This document shows, piece after piece, positions 57,912-64,000 of a stretch of 64,000 nucleotides of DNA. The DNA comes from a virus. The notes beneath the pieces were generated by a model. That model saw nothing but the letters and a program-made list of their open reading frames with translations. It had not been told where the DNA came from and did not search any database. Location of the stretch: positions 1 to 64,000 of the IMG/VR virus record IMGVR_UViG_3300037247_001239; one strand, 5' to 3'. A program made the position numbers and the translations under genes. Position 1 is the first letter of the stretch, and each line of letters begins with the position of its first letter.

Positions 57912-58504
57912 TATTGACTTTCTGGCACAATTGGCTGAAGGACTTGGTGCATTTCAACATCATCGTCCTCGAAGGGCTCGCTGCACTTGTTCACGACTAT
58001 CAACTGGCCGTGCCGAGTTGTTGAGCGCAGTATGCCTACGGGACCGCACTGAACTGAGGCCCCATCGTGGAGTGTAAGTGAACCAAGAAGTACACATTGG
58101 GCCAAGAACTCGGCTTGCGTGATGCCTCCGACGGCACCGCCGGGAGCATCGGCGTCAACACCAGAATTGCCGGCCACATTACTATTAGCGTCCGCCTCGT
58201 CTGTTGAGGGTGCCCAATAATACTCGACAGTGCCCGGTGTCGTGATCGTCTCGCCCGAGAAATCGACTACGCCTATCAGAAGATACTCAGCGGCCCTGAG
58301 TGCTCCAAGATCAACCTTGTTGCTTTGCCTGGCAGCGGCAGCGGCAACGCCGGCAAGGGTCAGGACTACATCAGCCGTATCTGTGCCAATGTCGTCTGTA
58401 AAATTCGTTGCGTCATCCACTGGGTTCAGGGAGGCGTCCACCCCAAACACGATAGGAGACAGCGAACTACCAGCAGCGTCTTGAACCAACTGTTCAGAGG
58501 GCAT
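57911..58504 (-). CDS. Putative virion protein
   Basis: Acidic beta-rich ORF coupled on both sides. Confidence 0.55.
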   Translation of the reverse strand: MPSEQLVQDAAGSSLSPIVFGVDASLNPVDDATNFTDDIGTDTADVVLTLAGVAAAAARQSNKVDLGALRAAEYLLIGVVDFSGETITTPGTVEYYWAPSTDEADANSNVAGNSGVDADAPGGAVGGITQAEFLAQCVLLGSLTLHDGASVQCGPVGILRSTTRHGQLIVVNKCSEPFEDDDVEMHQVLQPIVPESQ

Positions 58505-58902
58505 TATCTCCGAGCCTCCTCTACGTGACCTGCTTTGACCTCTCCGCCTAGCACAAGTTCTACCGCTCGGCTCACCTGCTCGGTTTGCAAGGCGGCCAAT
58601 GCGTTGAGAGTGGCCGTGGCACCTGCGAACATCGTTGTCAGGGCCAGTTTTGTGTTCGGGTCGTTGACCAGAATAGTTTGCATTCCCACGATCACTCCAA
58701 ACAACTGCTTGTAGTCAGCGGAGAGGGCATTCCAGTGACTTGGCACTACTGCCCCGAATATCTGCTGGCCCGTGACCGATTCAACGTCAACGGTGCGGTT
58801 GGCCATGTTGAGGCTGACCGCTGCCTCTGTGTCCGTCATGCTGGAATAACCCAGTACGAGCGGATCGTCGGCCAATTCGGCCTTCAGTGCGTCTATATCC
58901 AC
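58504..58902 (-). CDS. Putative virion protein
   Basis: LKAEL..DP...GY..MTD..AA..LN...SRA..L motif. Confidence 0.55.
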   Translation of the reverse strand: MDIDALKAELADDPLVLGYSSMTDTEAAVSLNMANRTVDVESVTGQQIFGAVVPSHWNALSADYKQLFGVIVGMQTILVNDPNTKLALTTMFAGATATLNALAALQTEQVSRAVELVLGGEVKAGHVEEARR

Positions 58903-59122
58903 GTCACCCTCCCCCGCCTCAGCGGCTACTTACTACAATTTGGACAAGTCCAATACGGTTTAGATTCCAAGATGTGCTCAATACGTGGAGTGTAAACCAT
59001 CTGCTTGCCACATCTCTCGCAACGATGTTTACGCTTAAACGGGTTACCACCCGTAGCGACCTGCTGCTGAAAACGAACCAAGGTGGTTCTTGCCACTTCA
59101 CCCTCCTCCCGCCTCGGCGGGC

Positions 59123-60109
59123 TTAGTTGTTCGCGTTCTCTTTCTCCGCCCACTCGCGGATGCGCTGCCAGCGGCGTGAAGCCCTCAACTGATCGTTGGT
59201 TTCGCCGATGCGACTTGGCGCTGCAAAGATACAGGCGCCGTCGGCGTGCACCTTCAACAGGTCCAGTTGCTTCACCACCCAGCGTTCGTAGACGTACTCA
59301 CCACGCATGGGCCGTTGATCCCCGGGGATGTACCCGCCGATCCACCACTGCGGCGAAATGGCCGGGATGATCGGCTTCTTGGGATAGTTCCGCCGCGTCA
59401 GCCGAAGCCCGACCGTCGCCACGTCCATCCACACGTCCAACGCCGTGTGCTGCGACTCCTTGATCGGTGAAAACCAATCATCCGTGCTGAAGTACCATGG
59501 CGTGGATCGGGTGTAGTCCCACTCCCAGGCCGTCAGGTAGAGACTCGGGTTGTACCAATCCAGCAGAGATGCGATGGCGCGGTGGTAGCGATTCACCCGC
59601 ACCGCGTTCTGCCACTCCCGGTATCGAGCACCACGGTCGCCGGCCTCGGGGTTGGCGTGGAAACCGTTCAAGTGCCTGGCCTCGAAATGAGGGATGCGGC
59701 CGAACCAACTCAGCTTCCAGTCGGGCTGAACTTCACGAATCGCGGCGATCACCCGCTTGGCGAGTTTGGCGTGCTCCGCCCATTGCTTTGGGTCGGTAGA
59801 CCACGAGGTAAGCCCCCGGACTCGTTTGTCCTCCAAGTCGATCGACACAATCCCGTGGGGCGGGTCAATCGCCAGGCACCGCTTCTTCAGGTACTCCAAA
59901 TCGACTGGCTCGCCATTCGGACCCTCCCGGAAAAAGTCTTCGCCGAGGTAAGTGAATTTCGGGATCAACGGATCAGAGGGCTTTTCGGTGATCTCTGCCA
60001 GCACGATAAACTCGCCCGCCTCGATCCGCTCCCAGACGGTGGGCTGCTGGGCGGCATAGCCGAGGGCTGTGAACAACGACAAGAACACAAGAAGGATGAG
60101 GGTTTTCAT
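59123..60109 (-). CDS. Signal-peptide protein, glycoside-hydrolase TIM-barrel-like (GH56-like motifs)
   Basis: MKTLILLVFLSLFTALGYA signal; IVSIDLE (DxE), LLDWYNPSLY, KKPIIP. Confidence 0.55.
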   Translation of the reverse strand: MKTLILLVFLSLFTALGYAAQQPTVWERIEAGEFIVLAEITEKPSDPLIPKFTYLGEDFFREGPNGEPVDLEYLKKRCLAIDPPHGIVSIDLEDKRVRGLTSWSTDPKQWAEHAKLAKRVIAAIREVQPDWKLSWFGRIPHFEARHLNGFHANPEAGDRGARYREWQNAVRVNRYHRAIASLLDWYNPSLYLTAWEWDYTRSTPWYFSTDDWFSPIKESQHTALDVWMDVATVGLRLTRRNYPKKPIIPAISPQWWIGGYIPGDQRPMRGEYVYERWVVKQLDLLKVHADGACIFAAPSRIGETNDQLRASRRWQRIREWAEKENANN

Positions 60110-60121
60110 TTTGATTCGCCA

Positions 60122-62068
60122 CTAATTATTCGAGAAGGAGACTTCGATCCAGTCGGTGCCGTCGTAGAGTAACGCCAGGCAATCAGTCCCACTGATTGCC
60201 CTGGTAGCAGCCCCGAGGTGCACGCCGCTGGCGACATCGCTATGGTTGTTAAGCGTTATGGTGTTTGCCTCGGCATTGGCACAGGTGATGTAGAGCAACT
60301 GCCCGGCCATCACGCCGTTTGTCACGGATGGATTTACAGTAAGCGTATAGTCTCCATCCGGATTTATTACGATCACCGATGCGTTAGAAATAATCGCAAC
60401 GCCGGCTCCAGTGATCGACTGTGCGGCAGTGGGGGTAATAACGATCGGGGCCCCCAAAAATCTCGCCGCCTTGTCCCCATCCTCACACAGGCGAACCTCG
60501 ATGTCTACTGCCGGCCCAGTATCTACAAAGATGCCGGCCGCTTTATCGGCCGCACCGTCCAAAACCTCAGCCCAGATTCCAAAAGACGTTCCACTTCCGT
60601 CGTCGTTATCTGCACGGGTGAAGATGCCGCGATTAAAACCAGCATGGTCACCGACGGCTTCCGCCCTAAGCCCGGACGGCTGACCGGATGTCGTGTTGTT
60701 TCTCGTGAAGATGCCGTGTGTCCTGTTCGTGCCGGAGTACCCGTCGAGGAAATTCACCTTCAGGCCGTTCAACCAGTGGGTATCATCCGACCCGGCCCCA
60801 GTCACGCTTATCCGAAACGCATCCTCGTCTTCCGCCCGTGTGGCCGCAAAGGTGTGGGGGAATGTCTTGTTGTCGAACTCTCCCGTGCTATCCAATACGA
60901 CTACTGGGTCACCCTGAATGAAGTAGCCCCGAAAGACATTGTCCATGTAGGCCAGGTTCGTCCGGGCACCCGTATCGTTGCGTGTACCGCTGACAGTCCC
61001 GGTCGCCGTATCGATGTCCATGTAGTAAAGATCGGCGTTGACGTGCGTAACGGCCCAGATGCGATCCTCGACGACCAAGAAGGAGTGGAACCCATCGGTA
61101 TAACCACCAGTGGGCAACTCTCCGAACTCCCGCCAGCTTTTACCCGCGTCAATCGAGCAGACCCAGTAGGATTTCGTCTCGGACTGATAGATGCTGGCGT
61201 AGATCACGCCGTCGTAGACCACCGCGGCACCCATACGGTCGCCGCCTGCACCCAAGTCCTGTGCGGCCAAGGATGCGTCGGTGGTTACCGGGCCAAATTT
61301 CTCGAAAGAGTAGCCCAAGCCGTGCGAGTCATTGGCGACGGCCAGCATCGTATCGAAGCTGGTGTGCACGACGTTGCCGTCCCGGGCACCGTACAAAAGA
61401 TGAACGGAGCCACCCCAGATGAACGCCTCTGGAGGGTGCGTGTCAGCAGAATCGAATCCCTCGAATTTGGTCCCGGTTTCCCACGCAATCACGATGTCCG
61501 TAACGCTGTTGCTGTCTAAGTCCTGCTTCGTCCAGCTTGCCGGTATGTGCGGATTGTCCGTAGCAGTGGCGTGCCCGATAGTCCATCCGGTGTCGTCATC
61601 CATCATACCGAACCACATGTGCCACGGCGTTGCCGACCAGGGGATGTAGAGCACCGTAGGGTCGGAAACATCGTCCTCGTCCGGATCGCCGCCGACGCCG
61701 GTCGGTTCAAGCAGATCAGGTACGTCCGTCCAAGTGCCGGCGAGGTCGGTCGCGTAGGCTACACCGATCTTAAAGGCCCCCGCGTCAGTATACTCATAAA
61801 AGCAGTAGTAGACTCCATCTTGGAACATCAGGTAGGGCTGGAGAATCCCACTCCCATCGTGCACGTTGTCCCCGGAGTCCGTCCAGGTTCGCTGGAGTGG
61901 CAGGTAGCTCATGAAGCCGTCATCGTACTTTGGCTTCAACGGTCGCCAGTCTTGCGATTGGTTATCCCGAAAGCTGCCCCGCCTCCAACTTGGCCCACCG
62001 GCCCCGAACGAGAAGACCGCCAGCCCGACGGCGACGACGATGATGATGAGAAGTGAAAGACGCTTCAT
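60122..62068 (-). CDS. Signal-peptide/TM protein with five-bladed beta-propeller glycosidase-like domain
   Basis: Hydrophobic N-terminus; YYCFYE...IGVAYATD, DDVSDPTV, WTIGHATA, SIDAGKSW Asp-box; fibre-like C-terminus. Confidence 0.6.
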   Translation of the reverse strand: MKRLSLLIIIVVAVGLAVFSFGAGGPSWRRGSFRDNQSQDWRPLKPKYDDGFMSYLPLQRTWTDSGDNVHDGSGILQPYLMFQDGVYYCFYEYTDAGAFKIGVAYATDLAGTWTDVPDLLEPTGVGGDPDEDDVSDPTVLYIPWSATPWHMWFGMMDDDTGWTIGHATATDNPHIPASWTKQDLDSNSVTDIVIAWETGTKFEGFDSADTHPPEAFIWGGSVHLLYGARDGNVVHTSFDTMLAVANDSHGLGYSFEKFGPVTTDASLAAQDLGAGGDRMGAAVVYDGVIYASIYQSETKSYWVCSIDAGKSWREFGELPTGGYTDGFHSFLVVEDRIWAVTHVNADLYYMDIDTATGTVSGTRNDTGARTNLAYMDNVFRGYFIQGDPVVVLDSTGEFDNKTFPHTFAATRAEDEDAFRISVTGAGSDDTHWLNGLKVNFLDGYSGTNRTHGIFTRNNTTSGQPSGLRAEAVGDHAGFNRGIFTRADNDDGSGTSFGIWAEVLDGAADKAAGIFVDTGPAVDIEVRLCEDGDKAARFLGAPIVITPTAAQSITGAGVAIISNASVIVINPDGDYTLTVNPSVTNGVMAGQLLYITCANAEANTITLNNHSDVASGVHLGAATRAISGTDCLALLYDGTDWIEVSFSNN

Positions 62069-62400
62069 GGGGTTCTCCTTTCCGAGCACTCCCGCTGAAC
62101 GTCGCGGCAGTTGTCCCGTAAATCGCTGATAGCATCCCGGAGTTGACCGCTCTCTTGCAGCCTGTCCTTGTGATGTTGTTCATCACGGGCCACGATGTTG
62201 TCCAGCGTGGTCGTAAACTGCTTCTGTTGTTCGGACATGTATCTTAGGAGATGTTGCAGGGCCCACACGAGCGCGCCCAGCGCGACTGCCAGGGCGCCCT
62301 CCTTCGCGTACGGCACGCTCGACGCCGGGTCGACGGTCTGGGCAAACACTACCAGTGTGGAACCACCGAACAACGCGCCAAATACCAGTAGCATTTTCAT
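62065..62400 (-). CDS. Membrane protein, holin/spanin-like
   Basis: Two hydrophobic segments followed by a coiled coil. Confidence 0.5.
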   Translation of the reverse strand: MKMLLVFGALFGGSTLVVFAQTVDPASSVPYAKEGALAVALGALVWALQHLLRYMSEQQKQFTTTLDNIVARDEQHHKDRLQESGQLRDAISDLRDNCRDVQRECSERRTP

Positions 62401-62681
62401 GCCTCGCTCCTCGGATAGTTGTTTATCAGTGAGCGAATCAGGTCGTCTGGCGTCATTTCGTCAAACAACATCACCGTGAACTCTACAGTACAGCCACGTA
62501 TCCGTTCCTGGCGATAGTTGTCTTGTACCATTACGGGGCAAACAGGTGGATGTGGCAAATCAACGTCAAGCAACGCCTGAGTTTTCATCCGAGGATGAGG
62601 AATAGATATACAGTCGCAATCATCTTTGACGACAATGCGTCTCCCGTCCGCCACGCCGCCGACAAATAGCAGTACGCTCAT
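62397..62681 (-). CDS. Hypothetical protein
   Basis: MSVLLFVGGVADGRR; GAGGAG SD. Confidence 0.5.
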   Translation of the reverse strand: MSVLLFVGGVADGRRIVVKDDCDCISIPHPRMKTQALLDVDLPHPPVCPVMVQDNYRQERIRGCTVEFTVMLFDEMTPDDLIRSLINNYPRSEA

Positions 62682-63040
62682 GCCTCGCTCCTCCGCCGAA
62701 ATCCCCACCGCGCCGGCCCATCGTCGAACAGTTGGATCCGCAAGCCTCCGAGCGTCGAGAGTGAAAACGGTTGACTTACCGTGGCCCTGGGCAGCCGTTG
62801 CAAAACCTCCCAGATGTGCCGACACACCTCCAAGGTATCTCCGTGCCCGGCGTTGGTGACAGTCACCTTCCTGCCGCACACCTCGCATTTCATCTCGGCC
62901 AACTCGGCCAGGCCCTGCAAGCTCTTCTTTCGGAGGGCCTCCATCTTGGCACACGCCCGACGCATATCGTCCATCGAGAAGTTCGCGGTGCCAGGGACGG
63001 TCGTTGTGTCAAGGCGTTCGGTATCGGTCAGGGGCATCAT
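62678..63040 (-). CDS. Hypothetical protein
   Basis: ATGA-coupled; CEVCG. Confidence 0.45.
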   Translation of the reverse strand: MMPLTDTERLDTTTVPGTANFSMDDMRRACAKMEALRKKSLQGLAELAEMKCEVCGRKVTVTNAGHGDTLEVCRHIWEVLQRLPRATVSQPFSLSTLGGLRIQLFDDGPARWGFRRRSEA

Positions 63041-63249
63041 CGTCCTTTCAGCGGCGAGACCGTGTAGTACCGGATCACCGCCATCAACACGCCTGCACCC
63101 AGCCCCAGGCCCGACACGGCTTCCGGGTACGCTTGGATCCACTCCTCGCCCGCCACCAGCCCGAGCACCGACACGACCGTGGTAGCCGCGGCCAACCGGA
63201 GGGTCTTGCTCTTCCACCAAACCGTGGGCTTGGGCTCGGGCTTAGTCAT
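63037..63249 (-). CDS. Holin-like two-TM protein
   Basis: K..WWKSKTL + two TM segments + IRYYTVSPL, typical of small holins. Confidence 0.65.
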   Translation of the reverse strand: MTKPEPKPTVWWKSKTLRLAAATTVVSVLGLVAGEEWIQAYPEAVSGLGLGAGVLMAVIRYYTVSPLKGR

Positions 63250-63664
63250 CGGGGGACTCCTTGGGGAAAGCCACGTCCGTTATCGTATCTGTGTCCACGA
63301 CAGCCGGGGGCGGAAGCGGAGGATTGCTCGGCAACAATTGGCTCACAAGCGCACCCACCCCACCTCCACCTGCCAATAACGACGCCGCCACGACCAGCTT
63401 GCCCAGCGACCCAAGCGACTTGGGCGCGCCTGCGTAGTGGTTGTGCGTTTCGTTTCCAATCGACACGCCCATGTCCTCACCCTCCGGAACGGACGGCACT
63501 GGACCGCCGGTGAACTTCCCGTCCCGCGTCTGGGCCGCCAAGTGCTCAACGATTCGGTTCTGCCGCTGAATCTTCTCCAGCATCATCCCCTCGTGGCCCA
63601 GCCGCATCCTCGCCCAGTTCAGCTCGAACTTCTGTCTCTGCGCCTCCGTCGCCTGCGTCGGCAT
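63242..63664 (-). CDS. Membrane-anchored hypothetical protein
   Basis: SD GAGGAG; single TM segment LVVAASLLAGGGGVGALV. Confidence 0.5.
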   Translation of the reverse strand: MPTQATEAQRQKFELNWARMRLGHEGMMLEKIQRQNRIVEHLAAQTRDGKFTGGPVPSVPEGEDMGVSIGNETHNHYAGAPKSLGSLGKLVVAASLLAGGGGVGALVSQLLPSNPPLPPPAVVDTDTITDVAFPKESPDD

Positions 63665-64000
63665 GATAGAACTCCTCCTCGACTTGCTTGTGGTAGTCGG
63701 CAAGCCACTCACCGTACTTGCCGGCCATCCAGGCGCGGTCCATCGCCACGGAGTCGGCGACGAAACGCTCGTGCGTCTCGACGCCGGCCGTTGCGACGGA
63801 CTCAAGATCGGGGGCGGCGGCCACCGGCTATGCCGTCTGCCCGGAAGCAATCGGAATACCGATTTGCCCAGACTTGCTCGTCACCTCGCGCACGCCAAGG
63901 CTCTCAACCAGGCTAACCATCTTGCGGTCCGCCTCGTAGGCGTAGTCGAGAACCTTGCCGAACTGGACAAAGTGTTCGTGAGCTTGGGATCCAGCGGAAC

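Noticed and set aside
1-64000. Diversity-generating retroelement, retron or alternative genetic code
   Set aside because: No reverse transcriptase motifs or TR/VR pair noticed; major genes are intact under the standard code

Overview
A GC-rich segment of a tailed dsDNA phage (or prophage) with podovirus-like morphogenesis genes. The host is possibly Planctomycetota, a weak inference from the CsrA homologue and gene style. Layout: (1) 1-10.3 kb, minus strand: SSB-like, Sak4-like ATPase and frameshifted PD-(D/E)XK nuclease genes, csrA, HNH, tRNA-Met(CAT) and tRNA-like RNAs. (2) 10.5-20.2 kb, plus strand: small early genes with sigma70-like promoters and a repeated leader motif. (3) A serine recombinase at 21.4-22.5 kb. 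(4) 22.4-64 kb, one long minus-strand late region: putative ejection proteins, tail, portal, terminase, capsid, scaffold, a glycosyltransferase/radical SAM/LicD cluster, receptor-binding-like proteins, signal-peptide glycoside hydrolases and holin-like genes. The standout feature is at 7.6-10.3 kb: a nuclease-less Nop/IS110-family protein followed by a dual-repeat array with a 35-nt period (GAGTGAACCG-N8-GAGAGTCTG-N8 on the minus strand, 17 units), then a ParB-like gene, then 3 more array units. This reads as a TIGR-Tas-like RNA-guided DNA-binding system with atypical 8+8-nt guides and an embedded ParB partner. All protein calls come from motif recognition by eye; no database searches were run.
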